A DNA stretch of 64,000 nt from an uncultured Nitrospiraceae bacterium (GCA_964412455.1 CAYPOT010000011.1:3822-67821), one strand, 5' to 3'; shown: positions 45,384-54,624, counted from the stretch's first letter. Made by a program: numbers and translations. Notes: generated from the sequence alone by a model not told the origin.

Positions 45384-46901
45384 ATGGAAGTTCTCTATTC
45401 TGCTCGACCGCTGCTGGCCGTACTGGTTTCCCTTGTCGCCGCGTTCCTTATCCTTCTTACAGGGGAACGGAGAAGAAACCTCAGAGAGACCTGGACCATT
45501 CTGGCCGGCGTGGTCAAGTTTTCGCTCGTCGCATCCATGGTTCCCTTTATCCTCGATGGAAAGGTGATTGAATACACGGTCCTGACCATTGCCCCGGGCC
45601 TTTTGATCCAGTTCCGGGTGGACGCCCTCGGCGTTTTTTTCGGCCTTACCGCGTCTTTTCTTTGGATCATCACGTCATTCTATTCCATCGGGTACGTGCG
45701 GTCGTTGAAAGAGCACGCCCAGACGAGATATTTCGCCTGCTTCGCGATAGCGCTTTCAGCGACAATGGGTGTGGCCTTTTCCGCGAACATGTTCACGACC
45801 TTCCTGTTCTATGAGCTCATAACCATCTGCACGTACCCGCTCGTTGCGCACAAGGAGACCCCGGAGGCCCGGAAAGGGGCGCGAAGATATGTCGCCTATC
45901 TGCTCGGAACGTCCGTCGCGTTCCTGCTCTTTGCGATTTTCCTCACCTACAACGCGGCCGGCACACTCGATTTCTCCAACCAGGGGATCCTCGCGGGCAA
46001 GGCCTCGGATGCCATGCTCATAGTGATTTTCGTTCTTTTCATGGCAGGCATAGGAAAGGCGGCGATGATGCCGTTCCATTCCTGGCTGCCCGCCGCCATG
46101 GTCGCTCCCACTCCGGTCAGCGCCCTCCTGCATGCAGTCGCCGTGGTGAAGACCGGGGTCTTTGTCGTGGTAAAGGTCGTGCTGCATATATTCGGGGTTA
46201 ATCTGCTGAGAGACCTCGGGCTCGGCGCGGCCCTCGCATATTTCGCCTCGTTCACCATTATCGTCGCTTCGATCATCGCGCTTCGCAAGGACAACCTCAA
46301 GGCCCGGCTGGCCTACTCAACCGTGAGCCAGCTCTCCTACGTTATTCTCGGCGTCGCCCTTCTGACCCCGTCGGGCATCACCGGCAGCATCATGCACATC
46401 GTGCTGCATGCCTTCGGCAAAATAACCCTCTTCTTCGCCGCCGGCGCGATCTACGCGGCGGCCCACAAGACCGAGATCAGCCAACTCGACGGAATCGGTA
46501 AAAAAATGCCCTTTACCATGGCCGCGTTCACCCTGGGCGCGCTCTCCATGATAGGGATACCTCCGCTCGGAGGGTTCCTGAGCAAATGGTACATCGCGCT
46601 CGGCTCGATCGAGGCGGGCCAATTGCCCATTCTCGCTGTTATCGCAACGAGCACGATCCTGAATGCCGCATATTTCCTGCCGATAGTATATGCGGCCTTC
46701 TTCAGGGATCCCAAAGAGGAACACCACCCTGATTCACATTCTCACTCAGAGAACCACAAATCCGCAATTCACGAGGCCCCCGCCATGATGGTCGTGCCGC
46801 TGGTCCTTACCGCGACCGGAGCGGTCGCTTTATTTTTCAAGCCGTCGTTATTTCTTGATCTTGCGCGGATGGCGGTAACGACCGTAACCGGAGGGAATTG
46901 A
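45384..46901 (+). CDS. mrpD: Mrp subunit D (NuoM/N-like antiporter subunit), copy 2
   Basis: 505 aa. MPFHSWLPAAMVAPTPVSALLHA motif. Confidence 0.85.
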   Translation: MEVLYSARPLLAVLVSLVAAFLILLTGERRRNLRETWTILAGVVKFSLVASMVPFILDGKVIEYTVLTIAPGLLIQFRVDALGVFFGLTASFLWIITSFYSIGYVRSLKEHAQTRYFACFAIALSATMGVAFSANMFTTFLFYELITICTYPLVAHKETPEARKGARRYVAYLLGTSVAFLLFAIFLTYNAAGTLDFSNQGILAGKASDAMLIVIFVLFMAGIGKAAMMPFHSWLPAAMVAPTPVSALLHAVAVVKTGVFVVVKVVLHIFGVNLLRDLGLGAALAYFASFTIIVASIIALRKDNLKARLAYSTVSQLSYVILGVALLTPSGITGSIMHIVLHAFGKITLFFAAGAIYAAAHKTEISQLDGIGKKMPFTMAAFTLGALSMIGIPPLGGFLSKWYIALGSIEAGQLPILAVIATSTILNAAYFLPIVYAAFFRDPKEEHHPDSHSHSENHKSAIHEAPAMMVVPLVLTATGAVALFFKPSLFLDLARMAVTTVTGGN

Positions 46902-46902
46902 G

Positions 46903-47028
46903 ATGAAGAATGAGCATAAGGAGCTCCTGGAGCTCAAACACGATCCTGAGCCGGGATACCTGAAGGCTTTCTTTATTGCCGTTTCAATCGGCGTCGTATA
47001 TTTAGCCGTCATTTTCTTATCATCCTGA
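46903..47028 (+). CDS. 41-aa single-TM micro-protein in the Mrp cluster
   Basis: ATG lies 1 nt after the mrpD stop and 8 nt after GGAGGG. ...GYLKAFFIAVSIGVVYLAVIFLSS. Confidence 0.5.
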   Translation: MKNEHKELLELKHDPEPGYLKAFFIAVSIGVVYLAVIFLSS

Positions 47029-47042
47029 AAAGGAGCACTCTC

Positions 47043-47285
47043 ATGGAGAAAAAACATTTTTTTGATAAGCCGGAAAATTTAAAACGGTTTTTAAAGGTTT
47101 TTTATATCTTCCTTGTTCTGCTGGTAGTTGTTGACCTGTTCATACCCAAGCATCCTTATTTCACGTGGGAAGAATTCCCGTCTTTTTACGCCACCTACGG
47201 GTTTGTGGCATGCGTCCTTCTCGTATTGGCGGCAAAATATATCCTTCGTCCCCTTGTCAGGAGAAGGGAGAATTATTATGAGTAA
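47043..47285 (+). CDS. 80-aa two-TM protein in the Mrp cluster
   Basis: RBS AGGAG 7 nt upstream. Two hydrophobic helices. Overlaps the next gene by 8 nt. Confidence 0.6.
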   Translation: MEKKHFFDKPENLKRFLKVFYIFLVLLVVVDLFIPKHPYFTWEEFPSFYATYGFVACVLLVLAAKYILRPLVRRRENYYE

Positions 47286-49077
47286 CGCGTTCCCCCCGGC
47301 TGCGATCTTCATCCTTGGCGCGTTTTTGATCCCTCTTTTCAAGGGTCGGGCAAGAGCTGGATACCTGCTCACTCTGCCTGTTGTCGCCTTTATCAATCTC
47401 CTTGGCATGCAGGAGGGTTCGTACTGGTCTGTCCCTTTCCTGGAATATCAGATGGTGTTCGGCAGGGTTGACAGGCTCAGCATGGCCTTTGGATATATCT
47501 TCACGATCGTGTCCTTTATCGGGGCGCTCTATGCCGTTCGTGTCAAGGAAGCAGGCCAGCATGTGGCGGCCTTTCTGTACGCGGGAAGCGCATTAGGCGC
47601 GGTATTCGCCGGGGACATGCTCTCTTTGTTCGTATTCTGGGAAGTCATGGCGTTCGCTGCGGCGTATCTTGTCTGGGCAGGGAAGAGGCCCGGATCCCAG
47701 GCGGCCGGTTACAGGTATCTTCTGGTCCATATCTTCGGCGGGCTCTGCCTCCTTGTGGGCATACTCATTCATGTGCATAACACCGGGTCAATCGAATTCG
47801 GGTACCTGGGCTTAAACAGCCTTGCGTCGTATTTTATCCTGCTCGGATTCGGAATAAACGGCGCCTTCCCGCTTCTCCATGCGTGGCTTCCGGATGCTTA
47901 TCCGGAGTCGACTTTTTCCGGCACGGTTTTTTTGAGCGCCTTTACCACCAAGACCGCCGTCTATGTTCTTGCGAGGTCTTTTCCCGGCACCGACCTGTTG
48001 ATCTGGATCGGCGTCGCTATGACGGCATTTCCCATCTTCTACGCGGTCATTGAAAACGACATGCGAAAGGTGCTCTCCTACAGCCTGATCAACCAGGTCG
48101 GGTTCATGGTGACGGGCATCGGGATAGGCACGGCGCTTTCGCTGAACGGTACGGTCGCCCATGCTTTCGCCCATATCCTGTACAAGGCCCTTCTCTTCAT
48201 GTCAATGGGCGCGGTTCTGCACCAGACAGGAAAGATAAACGCCACCGACCTCGGCGGACTGTACAAGAGCATGCCGCTTACGACCATATTCTGCATCATC
48301 GGCGCCGCGTCAATATCGGGCGTCCCTCTCTTTAGCGGATTCGTAAGCAAATCCATGATCGTGAGCGCGTCCGGTCACGAGGGCCTGACGTTCATATGGT
48401 TTGTTCTTATTTTCGCCTCCGCGGGCGTCTTCCATCATTCAGGGATCAAGATCCCGTATTTCGCTTTTTTCTCCCACGACTCTGGCTTACGACCAAAAGA
48501 GGCCCCGTTCAACATGCTTCTCGCCATGGGGATCGCCGCCTTCCTTTGCATTTTCATTGGCGTATTCCCCGGATATCTCTACAACATACTGCCGCATCCC
48601 GTTGACTATGCGCCGTACACCGGCGCGCACGTTATTGATCAACTCCAACTGCTTTTCTTCTCGGCGCTGGCATTCACCCTTCTGATGCTGTCTGGAATAT
48701 ATCCTGCCGAGATCAGGGCGACCAACCTCGACGCGGACTGGTTCTACCGGAAGGGCGCCAGGGCGTTCATGTGGGCCGTGAATAATCCGATGGCGAGGTT
48801 CGGGGGATGGATAAACAGGGTCGCCTTTGACGTCATACCTGCTTCCCTGTCATGGTTCAGCAAAAATCCGATTTCGGCAATGAAGATCGGCACGGACACC
48901 CTGTTGTTGAAATTCAGCAAAGAAGACCGGAAGGCCGGCATTGAGCGGAGACTTAAGGTGGAGAAGGCGGCTTTTCCCGGGGACATAGTAAAGCACCGTC
49001 CGATCGGCCAGAGCGTGCTGTGGGCAACGCTGTTTCTCCTTGCCTATCTGCTGATATACTACGCCAATAGGGGATGA
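47278..49077 (+). CDS. NuoL/MrpA-like antiporter subunit with long C-terminal extension
   Basis: 599 aa from ATG 47278. FPLLHAWLPDAYPEST motif. About 100 mostly polar residues are followed by a final TM segment (VLWATLFLLAYLLIYY), as in a NuoL lateral helix plus anchor. Confidence 0.8.
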   Translation: MSNAFPPAAIFILGAFLIPLFKGRARAGYLLTLPVVAFINLLGMQEGSYWSVPFLEYQMVFGRVDRLSMAFGYIFTIVSFIGALYAVRVKEAGQHVAAFLYAGSALGAVFAGDMLSLFVFWEVMAFAAAYLVWAGKRPGSQAAGYRYLLVHIFGGLCLLVGILIHVHNTGSIEFGYLGLNSLASYFILLGFGINGAFPLLHAWLPDAYPESTFSGTVFLSAFTTKTAVYVLARSFPGTDLLIWIGVAMTAFPIFYAVIENDMRKVLSYSLINQVGFMVTGIGIGTALSLNGTVAHAFAHILYKALLFMSMGAVLHQTGKINATDLGGLYKSMPLTTIFCIIGAASISGVPLFSGFVSKSMIVSASGHEGLTFIWFVLIFASAGVFHHSGIKIPYFAFFSHDSGLRPKEAPFNMLLAMGIAAFLCIFIGVFPGYLYNILPHPVDYAPYTGAHVIDQLQLLFFSALAFTLLMLSGIYPAEIRATNLDADWFYRKGARAFMWAVNNPMARFGGWINRVAFDVIPASLSWFSKNPISAMKIGTDTLLLKFSKEDRKAGIERRLKVEKAAFPGDIVKHRPIGQSVLWATLFLLAYLLIYYANRG

Positions 49078-49203
49078 TTTCGCACTGCCTGACGACCCTG
49101 GTTAGCAGGCCCGACGCTCGTCTCCTGTTGCGCCATCGGCGATGGCCCGGCAGGCCGTCTGCCTGAAGATCTCCCGCGGACCCTCCAGGCGCTGGCCGTT
49201 GTC

Positions 49204-49533
49204 ATGGATGCGACCTTCCGGACCGCGCCGATAATTATTTTTCTTGCCTATCCGGCCATCATTTCCAAAAAGACACATAAGATGATCATGGCGGTGTTCG
49301 GGGCCGAGCTCATACTCGTTCTCAATCTTCTGGAACAGCGCGAGGCGTTTCGCCTGGAGGAATTCGGCGTCGACTGGAACGCGATCTTCCTGCTGATCTC
49401 GATGATGGTGATCATCAACCTGATGCGCCCCACTGGAGCGTTCGAGTACATCGCGATCAAAAGCGCGAAGCCGGTCAAGGGAGATCCGTTCAGGATCGCT
49501 CGTGGTCCTCGGGATGGTGCTGACCGGGTTTGA
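49204..49533 (+). pseudogene. N-terminal fragment of an ArsB/NhaD-type permease
   Basis: ...VDWNAIFLLISMMVIINLMRPTGAFEYIAIKSAK... is the family's conserved N-terminal region. The ORF ends after about 110 codons. Confidence 0.45.
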
Positions 49534-49677
49534 GTTCCACGGAGTTCTGCGCTTCCAGCAGGCAACCATCTGGCGCACGGAGTACTCCAGTTTGAAAGCA
49601 ATAAATCCGGTTCGACTGACCGGGTTAATTCTTGAACGTATTGTGAAGAACCTGCATTTCGGCTATAATCACGCTGT

Positions 49678-51132
49678 ATGAAAATCCGCGACAAATTGTT
49701 CCTCGGATTCGGCCTCTACCTGGCGCTTGTGGTCATTTTCGGCATTCTCGCCTACAAGGACCTGCGAATGATCGGCACCCACCTCCTGCACCTTGAGGTC
49801 TCCGATGACATCACCAGCTCCCTGCTCGAGGCGCGCCGCCACGAAAAGAACTACTTCCTGTACCGGGAACCGGACAGCCTCGGGGAGATGGCGCATTACC
49901 TGGCGGCGATGAAGGGATCCATCGAAAAGATCCGCACCGAAATGGCAAACAACATCGGCGCCGAACGGGTTGGCCTGATGGACCGTGCGATCGCCGACTA
50001 CGAACGATTGATCGGCAATTTGGGCCTGATGAAGGCCGGACGCGGCAAGGCTATGGCGCAGGGCCAGCAGGAAGAGGCGGAGGTCGAACTGATCCGCATG
50101 ACCGCGCGGGAGATCCATGTTCACGTGGAGGCGAACGCGCGAAAAGAGCGTGCTGATATCGACGCCATTGTCAGGATGTCAGCGATCCTGCTGGCGGTCA
50201 CGATTGGTCTCATCATCGTGTTCGGTACGATCATCAACAGCAAGCTGGCGAAGAGCATCGTGGTTCCCATCCAGGAGCTCGAGCGCATCACCAAGAAGAT
50301 CGCCCGGGGCGACTTTTCCGAGAACATCGTAATAAAAGGACACGACGAGATCGCGTCGCTGGCGCAATCCTTCAACCAGATGGAGGACAAGCTGGACCAC
50401 GCGATGACGGCCCTGGACGAGATCATCACGAAGCTGCGAGAGAAGCAGTCCCAGCTGGTGGAGGCGGAAAAGCTGGCGGGGATCGGGAAGCTGGCCGCGG
50501 GCATCGCCCACGAGATCAACAACCCCCTCACGTCGGTGCTTACCTTTTCGAACCTGATGCTGGAACAGTGTCCTCCGGACGATCCCCGGTACGATAAGCT
50601 GAAGCTCATGGCCAGGGAAACCGACCGCGCGAGGACCATCGTGCGCCAGCTGCTCAACTTCGGCCGCGAGACCGTCATTAAAGCGGTGAAGATCAACATC
50701 AACCAGCCGGTGACCGAGATCACGGAGTCGCTGATCGCCCAGGAGGCCTTCAAGGGGATCGAGATTTCCCTGAAGCTTGCCGACAATCTCCCGGAGGTAT
50801 ACGCCGACCCTGCCCAGGTCGGCCAGGTCGTCCTGAACATCCTGCTGAATGCCATTCATGCCATCACTCCGCCCGGGAGGATCGACGTCTCTTCACGGCT
50901 CGCGGACAAGAACGTTGAAGTTGTCTTCACCGACACGGGCAGGGGCATACCTGAGGAGCACATGAACAAGATCTTTGATCCGTTCTTCTCCACCAAGGCG
51001 GCGACCAAAGGCACGGGGCTCGGGCTCGCCGTCAGTTATGGTATTATTAAGAAGCACGGCGGAGAAATTGCCGTCGAGAGCACCGTGGGGAAAGGGACCA
51101 CCTTTATTGTGAGGATGCCGATCTATGGATAA
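49678..51132 (+). CDS. Sensor histidine kinase (2 TM, HAMP, HisKA, HATPase)
   Basis: 484 aa. H box [12 protein letters not shown]; N/G boxes [25 protein letters not shown]. Confidence 0.85.
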   Translation: MKIRDKLFLGFGLYLALVVIFGILAYKDLRMIGTHLLHLEVSDDITSSLLEARRHEKNYFLYREPDSLGEMAHYLAAMKGSIEKIRTEMANNIGAERVGLMDRAIADYERLIGNLGLMKAGRGKAMAQGQQEEAEVELIRMTAREIHVHVEANARKERADIDAIVRMSAILLAVTIGLIIVFGTIINSKLAKSIVVPIQELERITKKIARGDFSENIVIKGHDEIASLAQSFNQMEDKLDHAMTALDEIITKLREKQSQLVEAEKLAGIGKLAAGIAHEINNPLTSVLTFSNLMLEQCPPDDPRYDKLKLMARETDRARTIVRQLLNFGRETVIKAVKININQPVTEITESLIAQEAFKGIEISLKLADNLPEVYADPAQVGQVVLNILLNAIHAITPPGRIDVSSRLADKNVEVVFTDTGRGIPEEHMNKIFDPFFSTKAATKGTGLGLAVSYGIIKKHGGEIAVESTVGKGTTFIVRMPIYG

Positions 51133-52516
51133 GCTCCGGGCGCTGGTCGTCGACGACGAGTCAAGTGTGTGCGAGGCCGTCAAGGCTATCCTCGAACTCG
51201 AGGGGCTGGACGTTACCACCACGGTCAGCAGTGTCGATGCCGTGGATATGGTCAAAAAGGACGGCTACGACTTGATCATTTCGGACCTCAAGATGCCGGT
51301 CATGGACGGCCTCCAGTTCTATGACAAGGTCCGGGAGATCGAAAGCGACAGCATTTTTATCATCATCACCGCCTACGGCACCATCCCGTCGGCCGTGGAC
51401 GCAGTGAAAAAGGGCGTCTATGACTACATTCCCAAACCCTTCACACCCGACGAAGTGCGGCTGCCGTTGCGCCGCGCCCTGGAGAAGAGGCGGCTCGAGC
51501 AGGAGAACATCACTCTCCGGACGCAGATCGAGACGCGGTACTCCTTTCAGAACATCATCGGCAACAGCCCCGAGATCCGCGAGATATTCCGCATCATGCG
51601 CCACGCCGCCTCGAGCGAGTCCAGCGTACTGGTGACCGGCGAGAGCGGGACCGGCAAGGAGCTTGTGGCGCGCGCCATCCACTCCAACAGCGTCCGCGCC
51701 CGGAAGAAGTTCATGACCGTGAACTGCGGCGCCATCCCCGAGGGGCTCATCGAATCGGAGCTCTTCGGCCACGTGAAAGGCTCGTTCACCGGAGCAGTGG
51801 CCGACAAGAAAGGACTGGTCGAGGAGGCGGACAAGGGGACGCTCTTTCTGGACGAGATCGGCGAGCTGGCGCCCCAGCTCCAGGTGAAGCTTCTCCGCAT
51901 TCTGCAGGAGGGCGAGTTCACGCGCATCGGCGACACCCTGCCCCGGCGGGTGAATGTCCGCGTTATTGCGGCCACGAACCGCGACCTCAAAAAGTCCATT
52001 GCCGATAAGATGTTCCGGGAAGACCTTTTTTACCGGCTGAACGTGATTCCCATCGAGCTGCCGCCCCTCCGGAGGCGCACCGAGGACATTCCGCTTTTGG
52101 CCAATCATTTCGTGGAGAAACACAAGGGCAAGGCGGCGGAAAAGAACATCACCGGCTTCGCCAAGGACGCCCTGCAGGCGCTTATGAACTACCACTTTCC
52201 CGGGAATGTGCGCGAGCTTGAGAACGCGATAGAGTACGCGATCGCTTTTACCGCGGGGCCGGCCATCCAGCGCGACGAACTGCCGAAGTATATCCTGGAA
52301 GAGAAGAAGCTCAACGAAGAGGCCCGGACGATACCGCTCATGCCGCTCAAGGACGCGAAGCACCAGTTCGAACGGAGCATGATCATGGCGGCGCTGATCG
52401 AATCGGGCGGCAACATCTCCGAGGCCGCGCGCCTGCTTCACATCCACCGCCAGAACCTCCAGCAGAAGATCCATCTCCTCGGCATCGATCTTGACTCCGT
52501 TTCTGCCTCAAAATAA
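51125..52516 (+). CDS. Sigma-54-dependent response regulator (NtrC/AtoC family)
   Basis: 463 aa. Receiver ALVVDDE...ISDLKMPVMDG, GESGTGKE, ESELFGHVKGSFTGA, HTH AARLLHIHRQNLQQKI. Overlaps the kinase gene by 8 nt. Confidence 0.9.
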   Translation: MDKLRALVVDDESSVCEAVKAILELEGLDVTTTVSSVDAVDMVKKDGYDLIISDLKMPVMDGLQFYDKVREIESDSIFIIITAYGTIPSAVDAVKKGVYDYIPKPFTPDEVRLPLRRALEKRRLEQENITLRTQIETRYSFQNIIGNSPEIREIFRIMRHAASSESSVLVTGESGTGKELVARAIHSNSVRARKKFMTVNCGAIPEGLIESELFGHVKGSFTGAVADKKGLVEEADKGTLFLDEIGELAPQLQVKLLRILQEGEFTRIGDTLPRRVNVRVIAATNRDLKKSIADKMFREDLFYRLNVIPIELPPLRRRTEDIPLLANHFVEKHKGKAAEKNITGFAKDALQALMNYHFPGNVRELENAIEYAIAFTAGPAIQRDELPKYILEEKKLNEEARTIPLMPLKDAKHQFERSMIMAALIESGGNISEAARLLHIHRQNLQQKIHLLGIDLDSVSASK

Positions 52517-52544
52517 GCACTTTCCCCCGGCTGGCTCTTATTTC

Positions 52545-52764
52545 GGTTCATACGTAATAAAGTTGAAAAGGCAAGGTATGGTCACAGAAACAAAGGCTCG
52601 GAGGAAAAACTTATCCACAGATTACGCAGATTACGCAGATTTAGTCTTTAACCACGGTCCAGAACGGTCGTTTTTTAATCTGCGAAATCTGTGAAATCTG
52701 CGGACGAATCTTAGCCTTTCTCGTTTTCTGGTTTGTTCAGCCTTTTTCGACTAAAATACGAAAG
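52545..52764 (+). repeat. Repeat family A, full-length copy
   Basis: About 20-bp imperfect TIR CGTAATAAAGTTGAAAAGGC / GCCTTTTTCGACTAAAATACG. Confidence 0.85.
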
Positions 52765-52810
52765 ACCCCTTCTTTCTCCCTTATCCGCAGTAATACTTTG
52801 CACATCCTTC

Positions 52811-52828
52811 TGCAGTAAAAATACTGCA
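52811..52828. promoter_or_regulatory. Perfect palindrome TGCAGTA-AAAA-TACTGCA (candidate EBP binding site)
   Basis: Its left edge is 58 nt upstream of the -24 GG of the promoter at 52868. Confidence 0.5.
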
Positions 52829-52867
52829 CCGTCCTTGTAATCCGCTGTTTTTTTGCCATTATTATTT

Positions 52868-52883
52868 TGGCACGTGTTCTGCA
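52868..52883 (+). promoter_or_regulatory. Sigma-54 promoter TGGCACGTGTTCTGCA
   Basis: Near-consensus match to TGGCACG-N4-TTGCA. It lies 59 nt upstream of ATG 52942. Confidence 0.7.
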
Positions 52884-52941
52884 ATAGTAACAATCAAAGA
52901 GCAGCGAAATTAAAACAAAATTTCTTAAGGAGGATACAAAA

Positions 52942-53373
52942 ATGAAGATCATGATTGCTTATGACGGGACGCTGCAGGCGAAGGAAGCTTTGGTGTACGG
53001 GATCGAGAAGGCGCGCGCAAAGGGCGGCGAGATGGTAGCGCTCCATGTGTTCAACAGCCCGATGTTCGCGGACTACGACGCCACAGTGAACACGCGGGAT
53101 GCGGCGAGGGCCGAGGCTGCACGGTTCGTGGACGAGGCGAAAGCGATCATCCGCGAGAAGGGCAAGGGCGTCAAGGCGAGCTTCTACACCACCGAGGGGA
53201 GTCCGGAAGAGGAAGTGATCAGCTTCGCGAAGGCCGAGCAGGTCGACGTGCTCCTCTGTCCCCCGAAGTTCAAGACCATCATCGGCAAGTATCAGAAGGC
53301 GCTTGCCGGGTCCGAATTGGCCGGGGAGACGGCAAAAATGAATGTCGCGGCGCTTTCAACGAAGATGATGTAG
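52942..53373 (+). CDS. Divergent USP-like protein
   Basis: 143 aa. MKIMIAYDGTLQAKEALVYGIEKARAKGGEMVALHVF has USP-type topology, but no G-x2-G-x9-G(S/T) ATP motif was seen. Confidence 0.55.
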   Translation: MKIMIAYDGTLQAKEALVYGIEKARAKGGEMVALHVFNSPMFADYDATVNTRDAARAEAARFVDEAKAIIREKGKGVKASFYTTEGSPEEEVISFAKAEQVDVLLCPPKFKTIIGKYQKALAGSELAGETAKMNVAALSTKMM

Positions 53374-53396
53374 ATGCTTTGCCATCGAAACGAAAC

Positions 53397-53430
53397 AGCC
53401 TCTCCCGCGTGGGAGAGGCTGAAGGTTTTG
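53397..53430 (+). terminator. Hairpin terminator after the USP-like gene
   Basis: AGCCTCTCCC-GCGT-GGGAGAGGCT followed by GAAGGTTTTG. Confidence 0.55.
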
Positions 53431-53467
53431 ATGGAGGATACAAATTCAAGAATGAGGGAGAAGGAAG

Positions 53468-53668
53468 ATGGAACTGGAATATCTCTATCAACATTCGGGA
53501 TCGTTCATGGTCCTGCAGCTCATGATGGGTTCTCTGCTGGTGCCTGCCGCGCTGGGAAGGACGGACCTGTACCGGTCGTTCGTGAGAAGCATGGCATCCT
53601 CTGTGGTGAGCTTTGGACCGGTGGCGCTCTTGTCTTATGTCCTGTATGAAATTTCCCGGCTGTCCTAG
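53468..53668 (+). CDS. Possible 66-aa membrane micro-protein
   Basis: ATG after GGAGAAGGAAG. Two hydrophobic stretches. No homology recognised. Confidence 0.3.
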   Translation: MELEYLYQHSGSFMVLQLMMGSLLVPAALGRTDLYRSFVRSMASSVVSFGPVALLSYVLYEISRLS

Positions 53669-53889
53669 TCAGAGGTCGTGCTACGCTCACAGAGATCATG
53701 CGATGTCAAGGATGAGAGGACCGGAAGGAACCTTGATACTGAAGAGTCGGATCGGTAAGACGATAAAGGCGGATAGATCTTTTCTTGACGTTAAGACAAA
53801 CCCCTCCTGCATTAACCGCCGTTATCAGGACTTTTTATCAACTTTAATCTGTGTCAAAGGTCTTTCCTGATTCCGGTTCTTTGGTCCAA

Positions 53890-54111
53890 TCAGGGCTCGA
53901 AATCGGTCATGTCTATTTCCCAGAACGCATTCGACGGTTTGTCTGAAGTTCGCTTCTTGTTCATTTCCTGATATATTCTATAGCGTCGCCAGATCTTCAG
54001 GAAGACCGGAGGGACCGCGGCGGATTCATCCGCGGTCATGATAAGGATGGAGGTGAACAGCATGCCGTACAGAACGGCAAAGCGCACATCAGTCAACAGG
54101 GTGATATCCAT
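53890..54111 (-). CDS. 73-aa membrane protein co-transcribed with the FAEAGE micro-ORF
   Basis: ATG 54111 lies 7 nt after AGGAGG. One TM segment (FAVLYGMLFTSILIM). Confidence 0.5.
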   Translation of the reverse strand: MDITLLTDVRFAVLYGMLFTSILIMTADESAAVPPVFLKIWRRYRIYQEMNKKRTSDKPSNAFWEIDMTDFEP

Positions 54112-54152
54112 CAAAGGGCCTCCTGGTACATTCTGTCCTGGTTAAGCGATCG

Positions 54153-54293
54153 CTATACGGCTTGACAGGTCTCAGCGATTTCCGCTTCGCACAGTTCCTG
54201 GCCCATGAATTTCCGGGCGGTTTCCTGCTCACCTGCCTCGGCAAACGCAACGGAGATCCAAATCGTTTCGAACATCCTGATCAGCTTTTTCAT
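54153..54293 (-). CDS. 46-aa micro-protein with FAEAGE core (paralogue of 37041-37199)
   Basis: ATG 54293 after GAGAGGA. MKKLIRMFETIWISVAFAEAGEQETARKF... Confidence 0.6.
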   Translation of the reverse strand: MKKLIRMFETIWISVAFAEAGEQETARKFMGQELCEAEIAETCQAV

Positions 54294-54327
54294 GGCTATC
54301 CTCTCTGGACATAATCTGACTTCTACA

Positions 54328-54344
54328 TAGCAATGGCTATGCCA
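54328..54344 (-). promoter_or_regulatory. Sigma-54 promoter TGGCATAGCCATTGCTA
   Basis: Read on the minus strand. GG/GC are in canonical register. It lies about 34 nt upstream of ATG 54293. Confidence 0.7.
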
Positions 54345-54567
54345 TATACCAACACATTGATTTCGTAGACATATTATAAACATGGCAATCTATGGTGCAA
54401 CACCATATTGCGCACTTGCGTTTGAAAACAGGCGTTCAGCTGGTAACTAATCATTAAATTATAGATAATTAGATGCATCATATTATTGCATGGGCATGTT
54501 TTCATTCTGGAAGGCGAGCGTTGATAATTTAATTGTTCCAACCGAAGTATTTTCTTGCAGCCATTTG

Positions 54568-54585
54568 TGCAGTCAGAACACTGCG
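54568..54585. promoter_or_regulatory. Imperfect palindrome TGCAGTC-AGAA-CACTGCG (candidate EBP binding site)
   Basis: Its left edge is 58 nt upstream of the -24 GG at 54626, the same geometry as 52811-52828. Confidence 0.45.
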
Positions 54586-54624
54586 TCACGTTCTTAATGC
54601 ATTGATAATTGAGGGTAATATTTA

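Noticed and set aside
40995-49077. Membrane-bound hydrogenase (Mbh) or Mbx/Mbs respiratory complex
   Set aside because: Only the Mrp-like membrane subunits are present. No NiFe large or small subunit, NuoC/H/I-like or ferredoxin-like genes are in or next to the cluster.
51161-52474. 437-aa minus-strand ORF
   Set aside because: It is antisense to the NtrC-family regulator, whose Walker A, GAFTGA-type and HTH motifs make the plus-strand call secure.
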